From: Acidobacteriota bacterium
GTDB lineage: Bacteria; Acidobacteriota; Vicinamibacteria; Vicinamibacterales; SCN-69-37
NCBI GenBank assembly: GCA_005799825.1
Contig: SYFT01000106.1
Coordinates: forward strand, 10,459 to 74,458
Direction: 5' to 3'
DNA: 64,000 nt
The position numbers and the translations under genes are program-made. The notes below the pieces were generated by a model. It was given only the letters and a program-made list of their open reading frames with translations, was not told where the DNA came from and ran no database searches. Positions 26,856-35,852 of this stretch are shown one piece after another. Position 1 is the first letter of the stretch, and each line of letters begins with the position of its first letter.

Positions 26856-27184
26856 CGGCGCTTGTGGGCCGCCAGCTTGTTCCCGCTGACCTTCCGCATC
26901 TGCCGCATCAGCGCATCAAACGCCTGCTGCACAGGCTTAGCGGGTGTCGCCGTCGGCGATGACTTGCGTGTGACGACAAGTTCGCCGGCCAGCGCGAGAG
27001 AAATCCGCACCTCGATCGCGTTGCCGCTGTGGTGATGCTTGTGCGGGATCTCCACCGACACATGGCATCTAACGATACGGCCATGCAGCGATCCCAGCTC
27101 GTCCACTCGTGCGGCGATGTCCTGTGTGATCGACGCCGCCCGCTGCATGTTGAGAAACTTGATTTGTAGAGGAATGAGGGCCAT
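26852..27184 (-). CDS. hpf: ribosome hibernation factor (HPF/RaiA family, short form)
   Basis: 110 aa. PLQIKFLNMQRAASITQDIAARVDEL...VSVEIPHKHHHSGNAIEVRISL fits the beta-alpha-beta-beta-beta-alpha pattern of sigma-54 modulation/RaiA proteins. Confidence 0.75.
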   Translation of the reverse strand: MALIPLQIKFLNMQRAASITQDIAARVDELGSLHGRIVRCHVSVEIPHKHHHSGNAIEVRISLALAGELVVTRKSSPTATPAKPVQQAFDALMRQMRKVSGNKLAAHKRR

Positions 27185-27212
27185 GGACCTAGCTGTACAC
27201 TAGAGGCTGCGG

Positions 27213-28247
27213 ATGGCTGGCACGACCCACACCCTCACACTCATTCCCGGCGACGGCATCGGCCCTGAAGTGACAACCGCGGTCGTCAGCGTGCTCGATG
27301 CCGCAGGCGTTTCGATCAACTGGGAACGCCATGACGCCGGCCTGGTCGCGTTCGAAACGACCGGCCACACGCTGCCCGCCAAGTTGCTCGAGTCGGTCAC
27401 GCGCAACACCGTGGCGCTCAAGGGCCCGTGCACCACGCCCATCGGCGAAGGGTTCACGAGCGTGAACGTGGGCCTGCGCAAGGCATTGAACCTCTACGCC
27501 AATTTGCGTCCCGTGAAGAACCTCCCCGGCGTGGCCTCACGTTTCGCCAACGTGGACCTCGTCATCGTCCGCGAAAACACCGAGGATTTGTATGCCGGTC
27601 TTGAGCACGTGATTGTGCCTGGCGTGGTCGAAAGTCTAAAGATCATCACGGAAGCCGCGTCCACGCGTATTGCCGAGTTTGCGTTTTCACACGCGCGGCG
27701 CGAAGGCCGAAGGAAAGTGACGGCCATTCACAAAGCCAACATCATGAAGCTGGGCGACGGCCTGTTCCTGGATTCAGTGCGGGCGGTTTCGAAGCGTTTC
27801 ACCGACGTGCCCTTCGATGAAAAGATCGTGGACGCCGTGTGTATGCACTTGGTGATGCACCCGGAGCAATTCGACGTCCTGGTGCTGCCGAACCTCTACG
27901 GCGACATCGTCTCAGACCTATGCGCGGGACTCGTGGGCGGCCTTGGCGTGGTGCCTGGAGCCAATCACGGCGCCGGCGTCGCGGTGTTCGAAGCTGTTCA
28001 TGGCAGTGCACCGGACATTGCCGGCCGGAACGTGGCCAATCCCACGGCGCTTCTGCTCTCGGCCATCATGATGTTGCGCCATCTGGGCGAAACTGATGCC
28101 GCGTTAAGCGTACAGGCGGCACTCGACGCTGTGCTGATGGCCGGCCAGGTGCGCACGCGCGATCTGGGCGGCACGGCATCCACCACTGAATTTGCAGGAG
28201 CGATCTGCGCGGCCCTGGCGTCGCCAAGCTCGAGTACTATCGGCTAA
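27213..28247 (+). CDS. NAD-dependent isocitrate dehydrogenase (isocitrate/isopropylmalate dehydrogenase family)
   Basis: 344 aa with LIPGDGIGPEV, ALKGPCTTPIG, NLYANLRP and NLYGDIVSD. Both the size and NLYANLRP resemble IDH3-type enzymes. Confidence 0.8.
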   Translation: MAGTTHTLTLIPGDGIGPEVTTAVVSVLDAAGVSINWERHDAGLVAFETTGHTLPAKLLESVTRNTVALKGPCTTPIGEGFTSVNVGLRKALNLYANLRPVKNLPGVASRFANVDLVIVRENTEDLYAGLEHVIVPGVVESLKIITEAASTRIAEFAFSHARREGRRKVTAIHKANIMKLGDGLFLDSVRAVSKRFTDVPFDEKIVDAVCMHLVMHPEQFDVLVLPNLYGDIVSDLCAGLVGGLGVVPGANHGAGVAVFEAVHGSAPDIAGRNVANPTALLLSAIMMLRHLGETDAALSVQAALDAVLMAGQVRTRDLGGTASTTEFAGAICAALASPSSSTIG

Positions 28248-28253
28248 GGCCTC

Positions 28254-29195
28254 ATGTTCGCTGCATTGCCTAAAGCCGCGTTTTCCATGCTCGCTGCGAG
28301 CTCGACGCTCAAGTCGCTGGCCTCGCGGTACGGCATGCGTAGCACCGACAGCTTCGCGCGGCGCTTCATTGCGGGAGAACGGGTCGAAGAGGCCATCGAC
28401 GCGGCCCGTGAGGTGGAGCGCCGGGGCCTGATGGTCACCCTGGACCTGCTGGGCGAAAGCGTAGCGTCTCACGGCGAAGCCCGCGCTGCCACGTTTGCCT
28501 ACATCGCCGTGATGGAGGCTATCGAACGAGCCGGAGTGGGCCGCAATATCTCGCTGAAACTCACGCAGCTCGGCTTGGATATCGACCAGGCCACGTGCGT
28601 AGACAACCTGCGGCGCATTTTCGACGTCGCTGCCCAGTCTGATTTTTTTGTGCGCATCGATATGGAGAGTTCCCCGTATACCGATCGCACGCTCGACACT
28701 TTCGAGACCCTTTGGGGCATCGGCTATCGCCAGGCAGGTGTGGTCATTCAGTCGTACCTGAAACGATCGACGGCCGATATCAAACGGGTGAACGCACTGG
28801 GCGCGCGCATTCGTTTGGTCAAGGGCGCGTACCGGGAGCCGGCTGCGGTCGCCTTCCAGCAAAAGTCCGAAGTGGACGCTGCCTTTGTCGAGCAGATGAA
28901 GTGGCTGCTCACCGACGGAACGTATCCGGCGATTGCCACGCATGACCCACTGATGATCGACGTCACCACGGCGTTTGCGAAAGCCAACGGCATCGCGAAC
29001 GACCGATACGAATTTCAGATGCTGTACGGCATCAGGCGCGACCTGCAGGCCTCGCTGGCCCGTGACGGGCACCCCTTCCGGGTGTACGTGCCATTTGGCA
29101 AAGAATGGTTCCCTTACTTCATGCGCCGCCTCGGCGAACGCCCGGCGAACGTCGGGTTTGTGGTGGGTAGTATCCTGAAGGACAAGGGAAAATAG
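28254..29195 (+). CDS. proline dehydrogenase (monofunctional)
   Basis: 313 aa with RFIAGERVEEAIDAAREVERRGLMVTLDLLGE and the C-terminal YEFQMLYGIRRDL...YVPFG. Confidence 0.85.
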   Translation: MFAALPKAAFSMLAASSTLKSLASRYGMRSTDSFARRFIAGERVEEAIDAAREVERRGLMVTLDLLGESVASHGEARAATFAYIAVMEAIERAGVGRNISLKLTQLGLDIDQATCVDNLRRIFDVAAQSDFFVRIDMESSPYTDRTLDTFETLWGIGYRQAGVVIQSYLKRSTADIKRVNALGARIRLVKGAYREPAAVAFQQKSEVDAAFVEQMKWLLTDGTYPAIATHDPLMIDVTTAFAKANGIANDRYEFQMLYGIRRDLQASLARDGHPFRVYVPFGKEWFPYFMRRLGERPANVGFVVGSILKDKGK

Positions 29196-29213
29196 CGTGG
29201 GCAGGAGACGACT

Positions 29214-30122
29214 GTGTTGAGACAGCCATTGGCACGTGTGATTGGGTGTGTGGTGCTGGCAGTTACCGTGTCAGGCTGCTCGCTCGTCTCAAACAAAGCG
29301 ATGAAGATGGTGGCCGACTCGCTGTCAGCCGGAGGCACGTCGATCAGTTCGGATAACGACCCTGAACTCATCCGCGCGGCGGTGCCGTTTGGCCTGAAGA
29401 CGTACGAGTCCCTGCTCGAGTCGATGCCGACCTACGTCCCGCTGCTGACCGCCACCTGCAGCGGTTATGCGGCCTACGCGTATGGCTTCCTGGCCACGGA
29501 TGCCGCTGCCGTCCGCAACACTGACCGGCCGGCCGCTAAGGCCATCGACGAGCGCACATTGAACCTGTATTTGCGCGCGCACGGCTACTGTGCCCGTGCG
29601 CTCGAGGAGCGGTTCAAAGGTGTCACGACGCGGCTGCTGCAGAATCCCGAAGGCGCGCTGGCGAAGGCGAAGAAGACCGACGTGGAACTGCTCTACTGGT
29701 CTGCGGCCTCGTGGGGCCTGGCCATGGCACTCAGTCCCGATACGCTGGCGATCGATTTTCCTGCGGTCCGCGAACTGACCCAGCGTGGACTGGAACTGGA
29801 TGAAACCTGGTGGAACGGCGCGCTGCATGAACTCATGGTCGTGCTCGACAGCGTGGAACTGCTCGGCGGCTCACAGGAGCGCGCGCGGAAACACTTCGAG
29901 CGCGCTGTGGAGATCCAGAAGGGCCTGTCCCCTGGCCCGTACCTTTCCTATGCCATGGGCGTGTCTGTGGCGCGGCAGGATCGCGCCGAGTTCGAAAAGT
30001 TGATGAACCTGGCGCTGGCGGTGAACCCCGGTGCCAACCCCCCCGAGCGCCTGACCACCCTCCTCTTGCAGCGCCGGGCCCAATACTTCCTGGACCAGGC
30101 CGACTACTATTTTTTGAAGTAA
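29214..30122 (+). CDS. TRAP transporter TatT component family lipoprotein (TPR-like)
   Basis: GTG start and lipobox LAVTVSGC. DNDPELIRAAVPFGLKTYESLLESMP...YAAYAYGFL matches the TatT N-terminal pattern. It sits directly upstream of dctP/dctQM. Confidence 0.7.
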   Translation: MLRQPLARVIGCVVLAVTVSGCSLVSNKAMKMVADSLSAGGTSISSDNDPELIRAAVPFGLKTYESLLESMPTYVPLLTATCSGYAAYAYGFLATDAAAVRNTDRPAAKAIDERTLNLYLRAHGYCARALEERFKGVTTRLLQNPEGALAKAKKTDVELLYWSAASWGLAMALSPDTLAIDFPAVRELTQRGLELDETWWNGALHELMVVLDSVELLGGSQERARKHFERAVEIQKGLSPGPYLSYAMGVSVARQDRAEFEKLMNLALAVNPGANPPERLTTLLLQRRAQYFLDQADYYFLK

Positions 30123-30146
30123 GTGCCTGTTTGATTGGGAGATAGC

Positions 30147-31178
30147 ATGTCGAAACCTCTGACTCGTGTCCTTGCCGCCGCCGCGTTGGCGGTCGCCACA
30201 ACGTTTTTGTGCCTGCCCGTGCAGGCGCTCGCGCCGCTCACGGTGAAGCTGGCCACCTTTGCGCCCGCCAACTCGGCGTGGCACAAGGCGCTGCTCGACA
30301 TGGGTGACGTCTGGACCAAGTCCACCGAAGGCCGCGTCACCCTACGCGTGTACCCCGGCGGCACGCTCGGGACGGAAGCTTCCACCGTCAAAATGATGAG
30401 TCCGGCCGTGGGCGAACTGCAGGCCGCGCTGCTGCTTCCGCCGGGGCTGGCCCGGATCAACGATGCAGTGGACGTCTTCGGTATGCCGTTTTTCCTGGAG
30501 TCTGATGAAGAAATGCGTGCGGTGTTCGCAGCACTGCGGCCCCTCATGACGCAGCGCATCGAAGCCGCAGGCTTCAAGGTTCTGCACTGGGGCAATGCGG
30601 GATGGGTCCAGCTCTTCTCCAAAAAGGAAATCCGCACACTCGCCGACCTCAAGGCCGTGAAGCTCTACACCACGGAGGGCGACGACAAGTCGGTGCAGTG
30701 GTACAAGAGCAACGGCTTCCAGCCGATTCCTCTCTCGTTCAACGACATGGTGGGCGGCCTCAAGCGCGGCATGATTGACGCAGCGCCAAGCCCCGCCTAC
30801 GGCGCGTCAATGCTCCAGATCTTCCGCGATGCGCCGTACCTGCTCGACGTGAAACTCGCGCCCCTCCTTGGCGCCACCGTCCTGACCAACGCCGCGTGGG
30901 CCAAAATTGACGCCGGCGACCAGCCCAAGATGTTGTCTGCAGCCGCCACGCTCGAACAGCGCTTCATGAACGAAGCGCCGAAGATGGACGCCGACGCGAT
31001 CACCACTATGTCGGCGCGTGGCCTCAAGGTCACGAAGCTGACACCGGCCGCCATGACCGAGTTCCGCAAGACCGCCGAAGCGCTCGTCGCCTCCATGCGC
31101 GGTCCCACCGTGCCCGCCGACATCTACGACGCGGCCATGCAGGCGCGAACGGCGTTCCGGAAGTCCAAGGGAAAATAG
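30147..31178 (+). CDS. TRAP transporter substrate-binding protein (DctP family)
   Basis: Trimmed to the ATG at 30147 (MSKPLTRVLAAAALAVATTFL, signal) with GGGAGA 5 nt upstream. The fold is DctP-like (LKLATFAPANSAWHKAL...). Confidence 0.85.
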   Translation: MSKPLTRVLAAAALAVATTFLCLPVQALAPLTVKLATFAPANSAWHKALLDMGDVWTKSTEGRVTLRVYPGGTLGTEASTVKMMSPAVGELQAALLLPPGLARINDAVDVFGMPFFLESDEEMRAVFAALRPLMTQRIEAAGFKVLHWGNAGWVQLFSKKEIRTLADLKAVKLYTTEGDDKSVQWYKSNGFQPIPLSFNDMVGGLKRGMIDAAPSPAYGASMLQIFRDAPYLLDVKLAPLLGATVLTNAAWAKIDAGDQPKMLSAAATLEQRFMNEAPKMDADAITTMSARGLKVTKLTPAAMTEFRKTAEALVASMRGPTVPADIYDAAMQARTAFRKSKGK

Positions 31179-32987
31179 GTGCGGCCGACTCTCGTCAAAC
31201 TTGAGAACTCGGTCGCGCTACTCGCGATGGCGGGCATCATTGCCCTGCCGCTGGCCGAGATCGTATTGCGCAAGTGGTTCGCCACAGGCATCCCCGGTGC
31301 CGCGCCGTTTGCCCAACATCTGACGATGTGGGTGGGAATGCTGGGGGCGGCGATCGCGGCCCGTGACGGCAAGCTGCTGTCACTGGCCACGGGCGAATTC
31401 CTGGCCCACAGCAAGTCTGCCCACTTCGCCAAGGTGGTCGCCGCGGTCATTGGCGCAGGTGCCACCACGATCTTCGCCGTGGGCGCCGTGAATCTCGTGA
31501 AACTCGACCGCGCCGACGGTGCGGAGATCGCGGCAGGCGTGCCCGTGTGGGTGGCGGACCTGGTGCTGCCCTTCGCGTTCATCATGATCGCGGCCCGACT
31601 GGTGTGGAACGCCTCCACCAGCTGGCTCTGGCGTGGCGTCACCGTCCTTGGTCCCATCGCAGGTTATTGGCTCGCGACACATCCGGAACTGCTCGACGGC
31701 CAGCCCGTGTGGCCCGCGCTGGGGATCATCATCGGCGCCTCGCTCCTTGGCGCGCCGATCTTCGTGCTGCTGGGCGGCGCGGCCGCGGTGCTCTTCATGG
31801 CACAAGGCAGCAAGCCGACCGTGTTGATGATCACCGCGTATCAGGAGCTGACGGGGTCGGCCGGGCTTGCGACCATCCCGCTCTTCACGTTGGCCGGCTA
31901 CCTGCTGGCCGAAGGCAAATCCTCCGAACGCCTGCTGCGCATGTTTCGCGCGCTGGTCGGCTGGATGCCCGGCGGCACGGCAGTGGCGTCCGCGGCGTTA
32001 TGCGCATTTTTCACGCTGCTGACCGGAGGATCGGGAGTAACGATCCTCGCGCTGGGCGGCCTCTTGCTGCCCGCCCTGCTCAAGGACGGATACCGCGAAC
32101 GCTTTTCGATCGGAATGCTGACATCAGCCGGGTCGCTCGGTTTGTTGTTCCCGATGTCGCTGCCGCTTATCCTCTACGCGATCATCGCGAACATCGCGAT
32201 GGAAGACCTCTTTATCGGTGGCCTCCTGCCGGGTGCCCTAATGCTGGCAATGCTGGCGGCGTACGGCATCCGCGAGGGCCTCAAGTTCGGCGCGGCACGG
32301 CCGCCCTTTGTACCTTCCGAAGCGGCTGCTGCACTGTGGAGCGCGAAGTGGGAGATTGGCCTTCCCATCGTCGTCATCACCGCTCTCCTGGGTGGCTACG
32401 CCACGCCGGTCGAATCCGCCGCGCTCGCCGCGCTCTACTCGTTCATCATGCAACGCTTTGTGCATCGCGACCTTCCCACCACAGGAGACGTCGTGCGCGT
32501 TGCCGCCGACTCGGTGGGCCTGGTCGGCGGCGTGTTGGTCATCCTCGCCGTGGCCGTGGGACTGACCAACTACATGGTCAACGCGCAGGTACCCGATGCG
32601 CTGATCGCCTGGACCACGAGCCACGTTGAGTCGCCCCTGATGTTCCTGCTGGCCCTCAACGCCTTTCTGCTCGTGGTGGGCATGATCATGGACATCTTCT
32701 CGGCCATCGTGGTGGTCGTGCCGCTGATTTCGGGCGTGGCGGCAGCGTACGGGATTCACCCCGTGCACCTGGGGATCATTTTTGTGGCCAACCTCGAATT
32801 GGGCTACCTCACGCCGCCGCTGGGCCTGAACCTGCTACTGGCCTCTGTGCGATTCAAGCGGCCAGCACTTGACGTGATGCGCGCCGCCATGCCGATGCTG
32901 ATCATCCTCACCATCGGCGTGCTGCTCATTACCTACATCCCGTGGCTCACCCTTGCGCCGCTCGAGTGGTTCGGCCGCGGCCAATAG
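31179..32987 (+). CDS. TRAP transporter fused small/large permease (DctQ-DctM)
   Basis: 602 aa with the GTG start abutting the dctP stop. The N-terminal ~150 aa are DctQ-like (4 TM). The remainder is DctM-like with many TM segments. Confidence 0.9.
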   Translation: MRPTLVKLENSVALLAMAGIIALPLAEIVLRKWFATGIPGAAPFAQHLTMWVGMLGAAIAARDGKLLSLATGEFLAHSKSAHFAKVVAAVIGAGATTIFAVGAVNLVKLDRADGAEIAAGVPVWVADLVLPFAFIMIAARLVWNASTSWLWRGVTVLGPIAGYWLATHPELLDGQPVWPALGIIIGASLLGAPIFVLLGGAAAVLFMAQGSKPTVLMITAYQELTGSAGLATIPLFTLAGYLLAEGKSSERLLRMFRALVGWMPGGTAVASAALCAFFTLLTGGSGVTILALGGLLLPALLKDGYRERFSIGMLTSAGSLGLLFPMSLPLILYAIIANIAMEDLFIGGLLPGALMLAMLAAYGIREGLKFGAARPPFVPSEAAAALWSAKWEIGLPIVVITALLGGYATPVESAALAALYSFIMQRFVHRDLPTTGDVVRVAADSVGLVGGVLVILAVAVGLTNYMVNAQVPDALIAWTTSHVESPLMFLLALNAFLLVVGMIMDIFSAIVVVVPLISGVAAAYGIHPVHLGIIFVANLELGYLTPPLGLNLLLASVRFKRPALDVMRAAMPMLIILTIGVLLITYIPWLTLAPLEWFGRGQ

Positions 32988-33000
32988 CCACGTATTGCCA

Positions 33001-33096
33001 CTCGGGCTTGAGGAACAGCCCGAGTTACGTTTCTCTCGACAGCCCGAGCTCCGTTCCTCTCTTGCAAACGTAGCTCGGCCTGGTTGTCAAGGCGAG
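33001..33096. repeat. cluster of REP-like palindromic units (two full units plus one half unit)
   Basis: 33001..33030 is CTCGGGCTTGAGGAACAGCCCGAGTTACGT (inverted orientation). 33041..33054 is AGCCCGAGCTCCGT (half unit). 33068..33096 is ACGTAGCTCGGCCTGGTTGTCAAGGCGAG. The cluster lies between the convergent TRAP permease and M20 genes. Confidence 0.85.
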
Positions 33097-33124
33097 ACTG
33101 CAGACCAGGGCGTGTGGTGTTTTC

Positions 33125-34258
33125 TTAAAGACGCCGCACCGTCTCAACCAGCACGTCGCGGCAGACATCCACGTCGGCGAGCGTGACGTACTCCTCGATG
33201 CTGTGAAGCCCCGCCCCGCCGGGACCAAACAACACGGATGGGATGCCGGCGCCGGCGAGGATGGCGGCGTCGGTCCAGAACGACATGCCTGTGGGCGCGG
33301 AAGACAGACCTCGCGCCTGAAGCGCAGCCGCGAGCGCCAACGGGAGTGGCGCGGCCGGGCTGAGCCGGTACGGCGGCCGGGACGTCATCAGCCGCACGTC
33401 GCCGCGGAAGGCCGGGTCGGCGTCGCAGAGACGCGCCAGGATCGCCTCCACCTCACCAACGATCACCCCATCGTCTTCCCCTGACACCGTGCGGCGCTCG
33501 AACTGCAACACACATCGATCTGGATACACGCTGAGTTCGCGACCGCCGATGATGATCGACGCGTGCAACGACGGCGTCCCCTGGTATTCGGACGATGGCC
33601 GACACTGCAGTTCGCGATCGATGCCTTCCAGCGCCATCAACACACGCGCCATGTCCACAATGGCGTCGCGTCCTTCCAGGGGACGGCTGCCGTGGGCCGC
33701 GCGGCCAGCCGTCACGACCTTGAGCCACGCGAACCCTTTGTGCCCCACCGCCATGGCGAGATCGGTGGGCTCGGTGACGATCGCGGCATCGGCGGTCCAC
33801 TCCTTGACGAGCGCGTCGGCTCCGGCGCTTTCGTACTCTTCGTCGGCCACACAGGCGACGATGAGCCGCCCGCGCCGCCAGTGGCGTGCGAGTTCCACGG
33901 CCGCCGCGATCATGGCGGCCACACCGCCCTTCATGTCCTGCGAGCCACGCCCATAGAGCCGTCCATCAGCCACGCGAGGTGTAAAGGGATTCGTCATGCC
34001 CTCAACGCCAACGGTATCGAGGTGCCCGCACAACATGACGGCCGGCCCGGCCTCGCGACCCTCGAGCACGCCGATCACATTGGGCCGCCCGGGCGACGCC
34101 TCCTGAAACACCACATCAAGGCCCCCGGCCTTGAGTGCCTGCGCGGCCACCTCCGCGACAGCGGCCTCGCCCGGCGCGCCGGGTACCAGCGACGGATTGA
34201 TGGAGTTGACCGAAACGAGATCAGACAGCAGGGACAGGGTCGTCATTGCAGTTGGCAT
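33125..34258 (-). CDS. M20 family metallopeptidase (ArgE/DapE-like deacylase)
   Basis: 377 aa with MLCGHLDTVGV, GRGSQDMKGG and VADEEYESAG. Confidence 0.85.
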   Translation of the reverse strand: MPTAMTTLSLLSDLVSVNSINPSLVPGAPGEAAVAEVAAQALKAGGLDVVFQEASPGRPNVIGVLEGREAGPAVMLCGHLDTVGVEGMTNPFTPRVADGRLYGRGSQDMKGGVAAMIAAAVELARHWRRGRLIVACVADEEYESAGADALVKEWTADAAIVTEPTDLAMAVGHKGFAWLKVVTAGRAAHGSRPLEGRDAIVDMARVLMALEGIDRELQCRPSSEYQGTPSLHASIIIGGRELSVYPDRCVLQFERRTVSGEDDGVIVGEVEAILARLCDADPAFRGDVRLMTSRPPYRLSPAAPLPLALAAALQARGLSSAPTGMSFWTDAAILAGAGIPSVLFGPGGAGLHSIEEYVTLADVDVCRDVLVETVRRL

Positions 34259-34276
34259 GATCTCAGATCGGGCGAC

Positions 34277-34448
34277 ATATTAGAACCTGTCTCATAAACC
34301 CCGTCGGCATTCGGCCGGCGATAAATCCGGGCTGGTGGCGTTGCTCCTCCCTCAAAGACACCCAGTATTCTCGGTCGTCGCGCCTGGCCATTCCGGCGCC
34401 TCACCCGCCTCGGTGCAACGACGGGGTTTCTGAGATAGGTTCTAACAT
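34277..34448. other. 172-bp element bounded by 30-bp imperfect inverted repeats (MITE-like or structured RNA)
   Basis: 34277..34306 is ATATTAGAACCTGTCTCATAAACCCCGTCG. The reverse complement of 34419..34448 is ATGTTAGAACCTATCTCAGAAACCCCGTCG, giving 27/30 identity. The arms are separated by 112 bp. Confidence 0.6.
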
Positions 34449-34469
34449 CGGTCAGTCGAACCTCGATTC

Positions 34470-35852
34470 ATGCACAGCCCGCCGCCACTCGCCATCGACA
34501 TCGCCAAAGCCATACGTGACCGCGGCGGACGCGCGCTCGTTGTGGGCGGATGGGTGCGCGACCAGATGCTGGGGCGCGATGCGAAGGACCTGGACCTAGA
34601 AGTGTTCGGTCTCGAGGCGGGCGCGCTCAAGTCAACGCTGGCCGCATTCGGCAAGGTCAACACGGTTGGCGAGAGTTTCACCGTGTACAAACTCGGCGAC
34701 CTCGACGTGTCGCTCCCACGTCGCGAATCCAAAACCGGGCGCGGCCACAAGGGGTTCCTCGTCGAAGGCGACCCGGGGTTGTCGTTCAGGGACGCCGCGC
34801 GCCGGCGTGACTTCACCATCAACGCCATGTCGTTCGACCCGCTCACAGCAGAGGTCATCGACCCGTGGAACGGCACCGCCGATCTCCAGTCTCGAACTCT
34901 TCGCGCAGTGGATCACAGCACGTTTGCCGAGGACAGCCTTCGAGTACTGCGCGCGCTCCAGTTCACGGCCAGGTTTGAACTGACCGTGGAAGACGGCACC
35001 AAGAATCTGTGCCACTCACTTCCGCTCGACGACCTTCCGGCCGAACGCATCTGGGGTGAGGTCGAAAAGCTCCTGCTCCGCGCCCATCGACCTTCTCTTG
35101 GACTGGCGCTTGCGATGGAACTGGGTGTGGTGGAGCGATTGTGGCCCGAGCTGCTCGCACTACGCGGCTGCGAGCAGGAGTTCGAATGGCATCCCGAAGG
35201 CGACGTGTGGGTGCACACGTTGATGGTGGCCGACGAGGCGCGGACACGCATCGACGACCTGGATCATCCGCGCGCGGTGGTGATGATGCTCGGTGCGCTC
35301 TGCCACGACATGGGCAAGCCCGCCACCACGAAGTTCGAGGACGGCCGCATCCGTTCGAAGGGGCATGAAGAAGCAGGCGTGGCGCCAGCCTCGCGGTTTC
35401 TCGATCGGCTCAACATCCAGACCATCGGCGGCTACGACGTCCGCCACACCGTGCTCGGCATCGTGGCGCATCACCTGAAGCCCTCGATGTTTTTCAAGTC
35501 GGCGTCGCCGGTAGGAGATGGGGCGTTCCGCCGACTGGCGCAGAAGGTGGACCCGGACCTGCTGGCGCGGTTCGCGAAGGCGGATTGCCATGGACGGCTG
35601 GGCGCGTTTGATTGCGCGGCGATGGATTGGTTTCTTGAGCGAGCGCGTGCGCTCGGCGTGGAGCACCAGCCGCCGGCGCCTCTGCTGCTCGGGCGCCATG
35701 TGCTGGAACGCGGAGTGGCGCCGGGTCCGGTTGTTGGGACACTGCTCAAAGCCGTCTACGAACAGCAGCTCGATGGCGCGGTCACGACGCTCGACGACGC
35801 GGTGGCCGCGTTGAAGCGGCTACTCAACCCAGAGGTCGGGGGTCACAGCTGA
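34470..35852 (+). CDS. cca: CCA tRNA nucleotidyltransferase with HD domain
   Basis: 460 aa with VVGGWVRDQMLGRDAKDLDLEVFG (pol-beta NTase) and the HD region GALCHDMGKPAT. Confidence 0.85.
   Translation: MHSPPPLAIDIAKAIRDRGGRALVVGGWVRDQMLGRDAKDLDLEVFGLEAGALKSTLAAFGKVNTVGESFTVYKLGDLDVSLPRRESKTGRGHKGFLVEGDPGLSFRDAARRRDFTINAMSFDPLTAEVIDPWNGTADLQSRTLRAVDHSTFAEDSLRVLRALQFTARFELTVEDGTKNLCHSLPLDDLPAERIWGEVEKLLLRAHRPSLGLALAMELGVVERLWPELLALRGCEQEFEWHPEGDVWVHTLMVADEARTRIDDLDHPRAVVMMLGALCHDMGKPATTKFEDGRIRSKGHEEAGVAPASRFLDRLNIQTIGGYDVRHTVLGIVAHHLKPSMFFKSASPVGDGAFRRLAQKVDPDLLARFAKADCHGRLGAFDCAAMDWFLERARALGVEHQPPAPLLLGRHVLERGVAPGPVVGTLLKAVYEQQLDGAVTTLDDAVAALKRLLNPEVGGHS

Noticed and set aside
28104-29072. 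322-aa minus-strand ORF
   Set aside because: It is antisense to proline dehydrogenase and has no motifs.
31547-32629. 360-aa plus-strand ORF inside the TRAP permease gene
   Set aside because: It is an alternative frame of the DctQM gene, Arg/Gly/Pro-rich with no TM segments. The annotated frame encodes a coherent polytopic permease.
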